DNA from: Mobula hypostoma
Lineage: Eukaryota
Assembly (NCBI RefSeq): GCF_963921235.1
Contig: NC_086097.1
Span: 115,384,001-115,448,000, forward strand
Length of the DNA: 64,000 bases
Direction: 5' to 3'
Position numbers and translations under genes: made by a program. The notes under the pieces are model-generated. The model did no database searches. It saw only the letters and a program-made list of their open reading frames with translations, and was not told where the DNA came from. Shown here piece by piece: positions 13,560-26,108 of this stretch (positions are counted from its first letter, which is position 1; every line of letters begins with the position of its first letter).

Positions 13560-14042
13560 TTCAGTGGTTTGATCGAGGCATGACTGCGCAGGCGCATGGA
13601 TATCAGCGAGTTAGACAGTCAGGAATAATTTTAAAAGAAGATAGCTTTATAGAGTGGGCATTGGAGTAGAGGGAGTCAGAGTATCAGTAACCTGATAGAA
13701 GTGTATAAAATGATGAGAGGCATTGATCATGTGGATAGTCAGAGGCTTTCTCCCAGAGCTGAAATGGCTAGCAAGAGAGGGCACAGTTTTAAGGTGTTTG
13801 GAAGTACGGTAAGTTTTTTAAGCAGAGAATGGTGAGTGTGTGCCATGGGCTGCCAGCGACTGTGGTGGAGGCGAATGCAATAGGGTCTTTTAAGAGACTC
13901 CTGTATAGGTACATGGAGCTTAGAAAAATTGAGGGCTATGGTTAACCGTAGGTAATTTCTAAAGTAAGTACATGTTCGGCACAGCATTGTGGGTCGAAGG
14001 GCCTGCATTGTGCTGTAGGTTTTCTACGTTTCTATGTTTCTA
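13560..14042 (+). mobile_element. CR1 3' end (13690-14042) preceded by a putative CR1 5'-UTR-like segment
   Basis: 13690-14042 is near-identical to the CR1 3' end at 28445-28810, with tail tttctacgtttctatgtttcta; upstream segment contains ctgcgcaggcgca. Confidence 0.65.
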
Positions 14043-15306
14043 AAATCAAAGACCTAGCAAATGGAACAGGAATGGTCCATTTCCTTAGAAACCGGTTTGG
14101 AGTATAATGCATAAGTTAGCTGGCAGGAGGATTCGAATACCATTATGAAAGATGAATTCTCTCAGTGTTGCGGTGTGAAGTTCACCACTGAAGATGTGCA
14201 GGAAATTGAAAAGGTACCTGGATCAACAATTGAAGAATTGTAACCTACAACAGAAATAATTCGAGCTGGGAAGTCAGAACAAATTGGTAAACAGGTGACT
14301 AGGTTTATCAATGTCACGTGTACCGAGGTAAAGTTAAGAACTTTGCATGCAACCCATACAGATAATTCATTACAACAGTGTATTGAGGTAGTCCAAGGGA
14401 AAACAATAACAGAGCACAGAATAAAATGTTACAGTTACAGAGAAAGTGCAGGCAGGTAATAAAGTGCAGGCCCTCTTTGCCATTGGTTTGAATCTCCTTC
14501 TGAATTGCTGAACTTTTCCAAGGTAGGACCACTTATCAACCAACTTTTTCAACTGGCTTTCAACTGGTTCTTCAATCTACTGTGAATATATAGGCAAGAA
14601 AAGAGCTGCTTGTCATCCATGTCTGCTTCACACCATGCTAAGTGGAACATCTGGACCTAATGACCTGAACAGTGTTTATCGTAAGCCACTGCTTATTAAT
14701 CAGTCATGGCTCAGGTGATATGAGGCTTCAGCCCATGGGCTGTGAAAACAAGAAAAACAAGACCATCTGGAGTTTTAATACTATTGAAAACGGGTGCTTG
14801 CCCCACAACTGCACTGAATATTGAGTCCAGTGATGAGGAAAAGACATGCTCATACTGTATGTGTTTGACCAAGTCAAAATGAATGTGATTGATAACTCTG
14901 TGGAAAAAAATCATGTGCAGTTAAGTGCTTGGCTTATTTTACCAGTCACATTTATGATTGCTTGTCAGTGCTTTAAAGTATTTTAATTAACTTAGTTTTA
15001 AAAAATATTCTTTTTTTTTACATTAAGTCTATTTGAATGCTGTTTTGAATATCACTAACTGTTAGTCATTTTAAAATACCTTAAAAAGACATATACATTG
15101 AGTGTCAAGTTAGGTCAGAACATCCTGAAAATGTGTTAAGGTACAATGCCTGAGGCCTAGTTGCTGCTCAGAGTCCACTTTACCTTATCAGGTGCAAAGG
15201 CCGACTTGCCCAGCTATCCCCAGTCCAGAGGAAATACACCTGGGTGTGCAGGAACCCTGGTAACACATTCAGGAACTGGGTGTTTAGAGTGTCCATACGA
15301 AATAGG

Positions 15307-18300
15307 TGTGTGGGTGGGAGTATTTGCTCACAGGGTGTGTGTGAAGCGTCTAGTGCAGTAGTGCGGAAGTGTAGTAGTGCTTGTAGTTCTGCATGCTGCA
15401 TGCTCTATGCCGAGTAGTGCTCTCTGCTTACAGCTATTGCCACTGGCTAGCCTTCTTAACAGAGGGTGAAAAGAGGAGCCGAGTGTGTAAGCCTCCTCCT
15501 GCCAGTACAGAGCCTCTCCACCACCAAGACTCCTGCAGTGCCTCCTCGGGGCCACACACAGAAACTGGGTATCTTATGGTCCCAGGCTAAACTACAGGGG
15601 ATCTCCGAGCAGCAGTGGGTCCCAGAGACGTGGCGTGCAGGCCCACTGCTGTGTGGACATGCCCTGGCTCCCATCAACCACTGTCCCAGCTATGGGCAAA
15701 TAGCCCCACTGCCTTGTGGTAAATCTGTTGAGACAAGGCTAAGGGAGCACACCCTGACAGAAAAGCAATGCCCTGGTGGCGCGCGATAGGTGGGCCTTTA
15801 CAGACCAAGGACCTGGCAGCCTCCTGCAGCCAAGATGTGGGACTGGTGGTCTTGGGATCACCCTTGCCACGGGGATTTACCTCATCATGGTGAAGATAGT
15901 GCTACTGGGGATGGCGCACCCCTGTGGAACTTTAAAATCTTCCTTGCACAGGTCTCCACCTCTGACCACGGTGAATAATACCTGGACCTTACATATGGTT
16001 GAAGTCTGATGGCGATGGAGTGTCTGGCGACGGGAAGAGGTACGAACGGACTGAGAGCTCCTAGTCAGAACCCTGCACGGTAGCGGCACAGGGTATTTAG
16101 TCGCTAGCAGCTGGGACTGTTTTCCGCAGACCCCTGTGCGACTGAGCAGCCCTATTTAGGGACCGCACTACTCACCCCAGCTGGGGAGGGGCCTGGAAAA
16201 GGTGGCCCAAAAATTGCCCACTCAATCACTCACCTGGATCGGTTACCGTGCCTATTGGGTTATTCCACTACTGCGGTCGAAATAAGAAACAATGCAACCT
16301 AAAACTGGCAACATAGAATGTAAGGACTCTCCTGGACTCATGTGGCATCTCTGACAGACCTCACCGGAGAACAGCCTTGACTACTCCTGAGCTGAGGCGC
16401 TACAACATCGACATTGCTGCCCTGAGTGAGACCAGGCTCCTGGATGAAGGCTCTTTAACAGAGGAAGGGAGAGGTTACATCTTCTTCTGGAAAGGTTTTC
16501 CCCCAGGTGGACAACATCTTCATGGAGTAGGCTTGGCCATCAGGAGCGCCTTTCTACCAAGTCTTACAGAAACACCTGTTGGCATTAGTGAAAGACTAAT
16601 GACACTCTGTATCCCACTGGCAAAGAAATGTTACGCCACGCTTTTCAGTGCCTATGCACCAACATTGCCATCTGAGAATGAGGCCTAGGAAGGCTTTTAT
16701 CAGACATTGGATGAAGCTCTTTACCGGATCCCTAAGAATGATAAGATCCTTTTGCTTGTGGACTTCAACGCTAGGGTGGGACAGAACAACAGGATATGCA
16801 GTGGAGTGCTAGGTAGGCATGGTATTGGCAAGGTGAATGCAAATGGCATGAGGCTACTTACTGTTTGCTCTGAGCATAACCAACACCATCCTCCAGCAGA
16901 AGGCAAAATATAAGACTTCGTGGATGCACCCTTGCTCTAAACATTGGCACAGGATCGACTTCATCATTGTAAGACGTAGTGACATCAAGGATGTTCTTAT
17001 CACTCGTGCCATGAGAGGTGCAGAGTGCTGGACTGACCACCGTATGATTGTGGCCAAGCTCCATATGAAAGTGTGCCCCCCACACCCCCGTGGCTGCAAA
17101 CACCCAATAAAAAGCAGCTAAATTGCAATCACCTGAGAAACACAGAAGCAAGAAGTGAGTTTTGTTGCATCCTAGCTGAGAAACTAAGGGAGTTGGAACC
17201 TTGTCTGAGCTCAGAAAATACCATAGAACAACAGTGGACCTACATCAGCTCTGTGCTCTATGAGGCAGCAGCCCAATCCATCAGCCATAAGAGCAGGAAC
17301 CACTAAGACTGGTTTGACAATAACTCAGACACCATCCACAGCTTGCTTAAGGACATGCACAAAGCACACTGGGCAACTTTAGACAACCCGTCATCCACCA
17401 GCATCAGGCAGCATTGGCAGGCAGCTCGGAGGAAAGTGCTAAAGGCAATAATGGCCATACAAAATGAGTTGTGGACTGAAAAGGCACATGAAATCCAGTC
17501 CTTTGCCGATAATAATGACATGCATAATTTTTACAATGCTGTCAAAACCATCTACGGCCCAATAAATAGATGCGTTACTCCCCTGCAAACAACAGATGAT
17601 CTAGCACTTCCGAAGAATCAGAATACCATTCTGCTGAGGTGGGCTGAGCATTTTAACACCCTGCTTAATCAGGACTCTGACGCAGACCCCACCATCCTGA
17701 ATGAACTGCCTAAACTTCCTCCTATCCTCAACCTCAGTCTACCACCAACCTTCCAGGAGGTTCTATCAGCTGTCCATTCCCTTAAGAACAACAAATCCCC
17801 TGGCATTGACAATATCCCTGCTGAGCTACTGAAGAACGGAGGGTACATGTGTATGGCAACCCTCTACCAATACATCACCAAGGCCTAGACTGATGAGAAC
17901 ACTCTGCAGCAATAGAGAAATGCAAACATCTTTGTCGTTTATAACAACAAGGGTGACAAGGCTATCTGCGGCAATAGTAGGGGCATATCACTCCTTTCTG
18001 TTGCTGGAAAGGTCCTGGATAAAGTGATGCTTCAGAGACTCATCAGCAACATCACTGAGTCAATGCTGCCTGAATCGCAGTGTGGATTTAGGAAGAACAG
18101 GAGCATGATCGACATGATCTTCACAGCCCGGCAGCTTCAGGAAACGTGCCTGGAACAACATCAGGACCTGTTTATGGCCTTTGTTGACCTCTCCAAAGCA
18201 TTTGACACTGTGCAAAGAGAGCTCACCACCTGGCGACAGCTGTATAGGGACGGGGTTCATATTCTGGAGATAGAAAGAACAATCAGAAGACAGCAGAAGA

Positions 18301-18469
18301 GAGCCAGGAGAAATGCAACCATGGTTGCCACCACTACCATATATGCATATCCTACCTGCAAAAGAGCTTGTGGGTCCAGGATAGGACTGTATAGTCATCA
18401 AAGACCTCACCGTTAAAGGAGTGGACGTCATCATTGGATTTCGATGGACAACCAAAGAGAAGAGAAGAC
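15307..18469 (+). mobile_element. RTE-clade LINE with internal RT deletion, pseudogenised
   Basis: About 1-kb 5' UTR; APE motifs IDIAALSETR, SAYAPT, DFNARVG, TDHR; RT start LPESQCGFR...FVDLSKAFD; C-terminal C2H2 remnant (C)PTCKRACGSRIGLYSH; (GAAGA)n tail; atagg repeated on both flanks. Confidence 0.9.
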
Positions 18470-18617
18470 ATAGGAACAGAATTAGGCCATTCAGCCCATC
18501 AAGTCTGCTTTGCTGTGTTGGGGGGAGGGTAGTGAAGAGCTCTGTGTGGTGTGAACCAACAATTTTCCTTTTCTCCTATCCATTTGCTTTACAGAAATAT
18601 AAACTGTTGCCGTATGT

Positions 18618-19878
18618 TCAACATTAAAAAAGGATAGATCTTGTAACTAAATGAATGTTGAGGTTAAGATTTGGCAGAAGGTTTTCTCAGTTTCTAATAT
18701 TTATCAGTTCTTCAACCTAGAAATATTAATTTCACATTTGTCTGATATCAGTGGTGAAAGCTATCATCTTCTTCTCCATTTTACTTCTATAGCAATTATT
18801 ATTATCAAATATTATCAAGGTACTTATGACACCATATGCACTATTGTGTGCTTCATTTTTTGTGGGCATTCACAAGAGATACAAAGAAACACAATAGAAT
18901 CAATGAAAGTCAATACAGAAAGACGGACTATCAATGTTCAGAAGCCAATAAATAGTGCAAATACAAAAAGAAAACCAAATAATAAATCAATAAATACTAA
19001 CTTCAAAGTTCATTTATTATCAAAGTATGTATATGTTATATAACCTTTAGATTTGTCTCCTTACAGGCGGCCATGAAACAAAGAAACCTAACAGAACCCA
19101 TTTAAAAAAGAATACCATCAAAAACCAATGTGCAGAGAGAAAAGAAAACAAATCATGCAAACAATAAAAGTAAGCAAATGGCATTCAGAACTGAAGTTTT
19201 ATGAAAGTGAGTCCACAGGCATCACTGCAGCCGGAGCAGACTACAGCCTCCGTTCAGTGAAGCGCCAAGTAAAATGTAATGGAGCAGCAAGCAGAATCGG
19301 CCTCACCTCTGTCCCAACACCCAGACATTTTAAAATCCGGCCCAATGCCTAAATCATAAGACCATAAGAAATAGGAGCAGACTTAAGCCACTTGGCCCAT
19401 CGAGTCTATTCTGCCATTTCTTCATGGCCGATCCAATTTTTTTTTTGAACCGCAATCTCCTGCCTTCTCCCAGTATGTGGGATTTCCAAGAGACTACCAG
19501 CCTCTCCGACGGCCACATCTGCACCAGGTGCATCGAGATGCAGCTCCTTAGAGACCATGATAAGGAACTGGAGCTGTAGCTCAACCTGCTTGTTAGGAAA
19601 AGTGAAGAAGTGAAAGACAGGAGCTACAGGGAGGTAGTCACCCCAGGGCTACAGGAGACAGATAAATGAGTAACTGTCAGATGAGGGAAGGTGGGGAGTA
19701 CCCCTGTGGCCGTATTATGGAGATGAAGATGATAGCTTTCACCACTGATATCGGACAAACATGAAATTAATATTTCTGGGTTGAAGAACAGATAAATATT
19801 AGAAACTGAGAAAACCTTCTGCCGAATCTTAACCTCAACATTCATTTCATTATAAGATTTATCCTTTTATAATGTTGA
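18618..19878. repeat. Inverted duplication with about 162-bp arms (18618-18779 / 19717-19878)
   Basis: Arms are reverse complements with scattered mismatches; they give near-identical spurious ORFs MNVEVKI(W/R)QKVFSVSNIY on opposite strands. Confidence 0.9.
19470..19712 (+). mobile_element. CR1 ORF1 N-terminal zinc-finger fragment
   Basis: Translates MWDFQETTSLSDGHICTRCIEMQLLRDHDKELEL, resembling CR1 ORF1 N-termini. Confidence 0.6.
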
Positions 19879-19879
19879 C

Positions 19880-20070
19880 CAAGTCTGTGCGTATACTTAA
19901 GGTGGATGTAGATCATTTCCTGATCGGTCAGGGCATCAAAGGATATGACAAAAAGGCAGATGTATGGGGTTGAGTGGGATCTGAGATCAGCCATGATGGA
20001 ATGGCGGAGCAGACTCGATGCGCTTAATGGCCTAATTTTGCTCCTATACCTTATGACCTTATGGTCTTAC
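19880..20070 (+). mobile_element. CR1 3' end
   Basis: Matches the CR1 3' UTR at 33730-33915; ends cttatgaccttatggtctta. Confidence 0.8.
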
Positions 20071-21420
20071 TCCGAAGCTGCGAACTCTGGTCTTAGACTC
20101 TCCCACCATAAGAAACATCCTCTCCATATCTACTCTCTCAAGACCTTTCACCACTCAATAGGTTTCAATGAGGTCACCCCTTATTCTTCAAAATTATAGA
20201 GAATTTACAATAATTTAGTCATTAGATGCTCTTCGTATGACAATCCTGGAATCATTTTCATGAACCTCTTTTGAATCCTCTCCAGTTTCAGCACATCTTT
20301 TCTAAGATAAGGTGCTCAAACCTGCTCCCAATATTCCAAGTGAGGCCTCACTAGTGCTTTATAAAGTTTCAACATTACATCCTTGTTTGTATATTCTAGT
20401 CCTCTTGAAGTGAGTGCTAATTTTGCACTTGCCTTCCTCTCCACAACTCAACCTGCAAATTAACCTTTAAGGAATTCAGCACAAGGACTCCAAAATCCCC
20501 TTGTGTCTCAGTTTTTTGTATTTTTTCCTCCAGTTAGAAAAAAGTCAACCCTTTCATTTCTTCAACCAAAGTGCATGACCATAACTTCCCAGCACTTTAT
20601 TCCAGCAGCCATTTCTTTGCCCATTCTCCTAATCTGCTTAAGTTTTTATTATCCTCTCTACTTCTTTAAAACTAACTGCCTCTCCACCATTCTTCATATT
20701 GTTTGCAAACTTTGCACAAAGCCATCAATTCTATCATCCAAATCATTGATATATAACGTAAAAAGAATTGGCGCCACACAGGCCCATGTGGAACACCACT
20801 AGTCACTGGCAGCCAGTCAGAAAAGGCTCCCTTTATTCCCATTCTTTGCCTCCTGCCAATCAGCCAATATTTTATCCATGCTAGAATCTTTTCCGTAATA
20901 CTATGGGCTTGTAGCTTGTTAAGTAGCCTCATGTGTGGCACCTTGTCAAAGGCCTTCTGAAAATTCAAGTACACAACATCAACCAATTCTCCTTTGTCTA
21001 TCTTGCTTGTTATTTCTTCCAAGAATTCCATTATAATTCTCAGGCAAGATTTTCCCTTGAGGAAACCATGCTGACCACAGCGTATTTTGCCTCGAAGTAC
21101 CCTGAGACCTTATCCTTAATAATCGACTCCAACATCTTCCCAACCACTGAGGTCAGACTAACTAGCTTATAGTGTCCTTCCTTCTGCCTCTCTCCCTTCT
21201 TGAAGAGTGGAGTGACATTTGCAATTTTCCAGTCTTCTGGAACCATTCCAGAATCCAATGAATCTTGAAGATCATTACTAATACCGCCACGGTCTCTTCA
21301 GCCACCTCTTTCAGAACTCTGGGATGTACACCAAATGGTCCAGGTGACTTATCTACCTTCAGACCTTCCAGTTTCCCAAGAACATTCTGTCTAGTAATGG
21401 TAACTTCACACATTTCACGT
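20071..21420 (-). mobile_element. CR1 ORF2 (RT) fragment
   Basis: Minus-strand ORFs KVDKSPGP, VPEDWKIANVTPLFKKG, NFQKAFDKVPH, TSGVPHG. Confidence 0.9.
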
Positions 21421-22082
21421 GCCCTGACCTCCAAACCTTGGTTCGTTCCTCACTCTCAGACCTGCACCCTGCCACTTCGATACAATCCCAGGACAATGCC
21501 CCACAACCTTGATTCGGCCCCCACCTGACCTTTCCACTTCAGCCAGCACTTAAATCAATCGAACCTTGGGTCTTTAGGGCCTGTGCTCCGCCTCGACTCT
21601 TCCTCACCTCACCACAGTCCTGCTGTATGAGCTGTAGAGCCCTGTAAGTAAATCCACTGCTTGTGGAATCTCCTCAGTGTTGAGGTGAGCCGACATTTGT
21701 AGGGTAATAACTGTTCCTGAACCTGGTGGTATGGTATGGTACGGCTCCTGTACTCTTTCCTGATGACAGCAGGAAAAAAGGGAGCATGGCCCACAGGTCA
21801 AGTTTAATTACAAAAGTTTTTACTTTTTCTCCAAACAAGCCTTTTACACATTGGAATGAAAAAGCCAGCAGTGAGAAAATGAATGTCTGTATGATGCATA
21901 GTTTAGATGTTTCTATTTCGTGCACATACTTCTTCAAAATCTCAGTCAGTCCATTTAGTGATGAAGCATATCCATGCAGACTAAGAAGTATCCATTAAGC
22001 TTTTGAACTGCGCTGAGAAATCTGTTGTTTATCATTGGTCACAGAGTCATAAAGCACAAGGCCATTTGTCAACCATTTCCTT

Positions 22083-22490
22083 TAGAAACATAGAAATATA
22101 GAAAACCTACAGCACAATACAGGCCCTTTGGCCTACAAAGCTGTGCCGAACATCACCCTACCTCAGAAATTACCTAGGCTTACCCATAGCCCTCTATTTT
22201 TCTAAGCTCCATGTACCTATCCAGGAGTCTCTTAAAAGACCCTATCGTTTCCACCTCCACCACCGCTACCGGCAGCCCATTCCACGTACTCACCACTCTC
22301 TGAGTAAAAAACTTACCCCTGACATGGAAAAAAGCCTCTGACTATCCACACGATCAATGCCTTTCATTATCTTGTACACCTCTATCAGGTCATCTCTCAT
22401 CCTCAGTCACTCCAAGGAGAAAAGGCCGAGTTCACTCAATCTATTCTGATAAGGCATGCTCCCCAATCCAGGCAACATCCTTCTAAATCT
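22083..22490 (-). mobile_element. CR1 3' end
   Basis: Starts tagaaacatagaaatatagaaa (revcomp tail); homologous to 28360-28810. Confidence 0.85.
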
Positions 22491-22775
22491 TTCACACACA
22501 AGCACTCATCCCATTTTTCTTCTGTATCCCCATCAACTTCTGCCACCTTCGCCCTTGCCTCGCACACCTACCCACACATATCGATAGACACACATCAATT
22601 CTTCTACCACCCAGGTACACCGGGGAAACCTACATTAGCTAATTAATCTATCACTCTTTGGCTTGTGAGCAGACAGCTGAGCAATGGGGGAATACATACA
22701 GTCTCAGTGAGAACATGTATAAGCCCTAAAGAAAGCATCCAATCTCATGATCAAACCTGGTTCTCTCAAACAGTA

Positions 22776-23071
22776 ACACGAGGAAATCTGCAGAAGCTGG
22801 AACTTCAAGCAACACGCATATAAGTTGCTGGTGAACGCAGCAGGCGAGGCAGCATCTCTAGGAAGAGGTACAGTTGACGTTTCGGGCCGAGACCCTTCGT
22901 CAGGACTAACTGAAAGAAGAGATAGTAAGAGATTTGAAAGTGGGAGGGGGAGGGGGAGATCTGAAATGACAGGAGAAGACAGGAGGGGGAGGGATGGAGC
23001 CAAGTTCAGTGAAACCATCTCTCACTGCTCCCCATCTGTAATTTCTTCGGCTCTTCTACTTTTCGACCACA
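22776..23071. mobile_element. Penelope derivative: minus-strand 3' tail with HHR joined to plus-strand ORF N-terminal piece
   Basis: About 22807-23000 matches 52244-52440; about 23002-23071 encodes FSETISHCSPSVISSALLLFDH, matching the 1040-aa ORF N-terminus in opposite orientation. Confidence 0.9.
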
Positions 23072-23074
23072 TTT

Positions 23075-23400
23075 TTGGAGTCCTTGTGCAGGATACCCTA
23101 AAGGTTAACCTTCAGGTTGAGTCGAGGGTGAAGAAGGCGAATGCAATGTTGGCATTCATTTCTAGAGTTGTAGAATATAACAGCAGAGATGTGATGTTGA
23201 GGCTCTGTAAGGCATTCGTGAGACCCCACTTGGAGTATTTTGTGCAGTTATGGGCTCCTTATTTTAAAAAAGATATACTGACATTGGAGAGGGTTCAGAG
23301 AAGACTCATGAGAATAATTCCAGGAATGAAAGGTTTACCGTATGAGGAACGTCTGGCAGCTCTTGGGCTGTATTCCCCGGAGTTCAGGAGAATGAGGGGG
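23075..23400 (+). mobile_element. CR1 RT C-terminal fragment
   Basis: KKANAMLAFISR...RPHLEYFVQLWAP...LERVQRR...GLYSPEFRRMRG. Confidence 0.85.
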
Positions 23401-23868
23401 TTGTCTACGGAGTCTCTGTGGGTGGAAGTTAGGAATAGGAAGGGGTCAGTAACTCTACTGGGTGTTTTTTATAGACCACCTAATAGTAACAGGGACATCG
23501 AGGAGTAGATAAGGAGACAGATTCTGGAAAAGAGTAATAATAACAGGGTTGTTGTTGTGGGAGATTTTAATTTCCCAAATATTGATTGGCATCTCCCTAG
23601 AGTGAGGCGTTTAGATGGGGTAGAGATAGTTAAGTGTGTTCAGGAAAGTTTCTTAACACAATATGTAGATATGCCTACAAGAGGAGAGGCTGTACTTGAT
23701 CTGGTATTGGGAAATGAACCCAGTCAGGTGTCAGGTCTTTCAGTATTTTGGAGATAGTGATCACAATTCTATCTCCTTTACAATAGCATTGGAAAGGGAT
23801 AGGAACAGAAAAGTTAGGGAAACGTTTAATTGGAGTAAGGGCAAATATGAGGCTATCAGGCAGGAACT

Positions 23869-26108
23869 AATGAACTGGTGAGGGACAGTGACCACCGCTC
23901 CCTGGCCTTTAGCATTATCATGGAAAAGGATAGAATCAGAGAAGACAGGAAAATTTTTAATTGGGGAAGGGAAAATTATAAGGCTATAAGGCTAAAACTT
24001 GTGGGTGTGAATTAGGATGATGTTTTCACAAGGAAATGTACTATGGACATGTGGTCGATGTTTAAGGATCTCTTGCAGGACCTCTTTTTCCCCAGTGAGG
24101 AAGATAAAGAATGGTAGGGTGAAGGAACCATGGGTGACAAGTGAGGTGGAAAATCTAGTCAGCTGGAAGAAGACAGCAGACATGAGGTTTAGGAAGCAAG
24201 GATCAGATGAGTCTATTGAGGAATATAGGGTAGCAAGAAAAGAACTTAAGAAGAGGTTGATGAGAGCAAGAAGGGAGCATGAGAGTGCCTTGGTGAGTAG
24301 AGTAAAGGAAAACCCCAAGGCATTTTTCAATTATGTGAAGAACAGAAGGATGACAGGAGTGAAGGAAGGATCGATTAGAGATAGGGTGGGAAGATGTAAC
24401 TGGAGGCTGTGGAAGTGAGCGAGGTCCTCAATGAATACTTCTCTTCGGTATTCACCAATGAGAGAGAACTTGATGATGGTGAGGACAATATGAGTGAGTT
24501 TAATGTTCTGGGGCATGGTGATATTAAGGGAGAGGAGGTGTTGGAGTTGTTAAAATATATTAGGATGGATAAGTCCTTGGGGCTTGACGGAATATTCCCC
24601 AGGCTGCTCCACAAGATGAGGGAAGAGATTGCTGAGCCTTTGGCTAGGATCTTTATGTCCTCGTTGTCCATGGGAATGGTACCAGAGGATTGGAGGGAGG
24701 CGAATGTTGTCCCCTTGTTCAAAAAAGGTAGTAGGGATAGTCCAGGTAATTATAGACCAGTGAGCCTTGCGTCTGTGGTGGGAAAGCTGTTGGAAAAGAT
24801 TCTTAGGGATAGAATCTATGGGCATTTAGAGAATCATGGTCTGATCAGGGACAGTCAGCGTGGCTTTGTGAAGGGCAGATCGTGTCTAACAAGCCTGATA
24901 GAGTTCTTTGAGGAGGTGGCCAGGCATATAGATGAGGGTAGTGCAGTGGATGTGATCTATATGGATTTTAGTAAGACATTTGACAAGGTTCCACATGGTA
25001 GACTTATTCAGAAAGTCAGAAGGCATGGGATCCAGGGAAGTTTGGCCAGGTGGATTCAGAATTGGCCTGCCTGCGGAAAACAGAGGGTTGTATTGGAGGG
25101 AGTACATTCGGATTGGAGGGTTGTGACTAATGGTGTCCCACAAGGGTCGGTTCTGGGACCTCTACTTTTCATGATTTTTATTAACGATCTGGATGTGGGG
25201 GTAGGAGGGTAGTTTGGCAAGTATGCAGATGACAGAAAGGTTGGTAGTGTTGTGGATAGTGTAGAGGATTGTCGAAGATTGCACAGAGACATTGATAGGA
25301 TGCAGAAGTGGGCTGAGAAGTAGTAGATGGAGTTCAACCCGGAGAAGTGTGAGGTAGTACACTTTGGAAGGACAAACTTCAAGGCAGAGTACAAAGTAAA
25401 TGGCAGGATACTTGGTATTGTAGAGGAGCAGAGGAATCTGGGGGTACATGCCCACAGATCCCTGAAAGTTGCCTCACAGGTAGTTAGGGTAGTTAAGAAA
25501 GCTTATGGGGTGTTAGCTTTCATAAGTCGAGGGATAGAGTTTAAGAGTCATGAGGTAATAATGCTTCTCTATAAAACTCTGATTAGGCCACACTTGGAGT
25601 ACTGTGTCTAGTTCTGGTCGCCTCACTATAGGAAGGATGTGGAAGCATTGAAAAAGGTAGAGGAGATTTACCAGGATGCTGCCTGGTTAAAGAGTATACA
25701 TTATGATCAGAGATTAAGGGAGCTAGAGCTTTACTCTTTGGAGAGAAGGAGGATGAGAGGAGACATGACAGAGGTATACAAGATATTAAGAGGAGTAGAT
25801 AGTAGACAGCCAGCGCCTCTTCCCCAGGGCACCACTGCTCGATGCAAGAGGAAATGGCTTTAAGGTAAGGAGTGGAAAGTTCAAGGGGGATATCAGAGGA
25901 AGGTTTTTTACTCAGAGTGGTTGGTGTGTGGAATGCACTGCCTGAGTCAGTGGTGGAGGCAGATACATTACTGAAATTTAAGAGACTACTAGACAGGTAT
26001 ATAGAGGAATTTAAGGTGGGGGGTTATATGGGAGACAGGGTTTAAGGGTCAGCAGATCAATGTGGGCTGAAGGGCATGTACTGTGCTGTACTATTCTATG
26101 TTCTATGT
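23869..26108 (+). mobile_element. CR1 copy B, 5' truncated, nested in CR1 copy A
   Basis: 267-aa RT ORF 24409-25212; tail attctatgttctatgt; AACT at 23865-23868 repeated at 26109-26112, where copy A resumes. Confidence 0.88.

Noticed and set aside
14470..14910. Strong minus-strand splice acceptors with short open frames
   Set aside because: No convincing donors or recognisable products; frames stop quickly
18651..19845. Apparent paralogous ORFs MNVEVKI...
   Set aside because: A product of the inverted duplication; both frames run into repeats
22825..23508. 227-aa chimeric ORF
   Set aside because: Chance read-through across Penelope antisense, Penelope N-terminus and two CR1 fragments; non-ATG start
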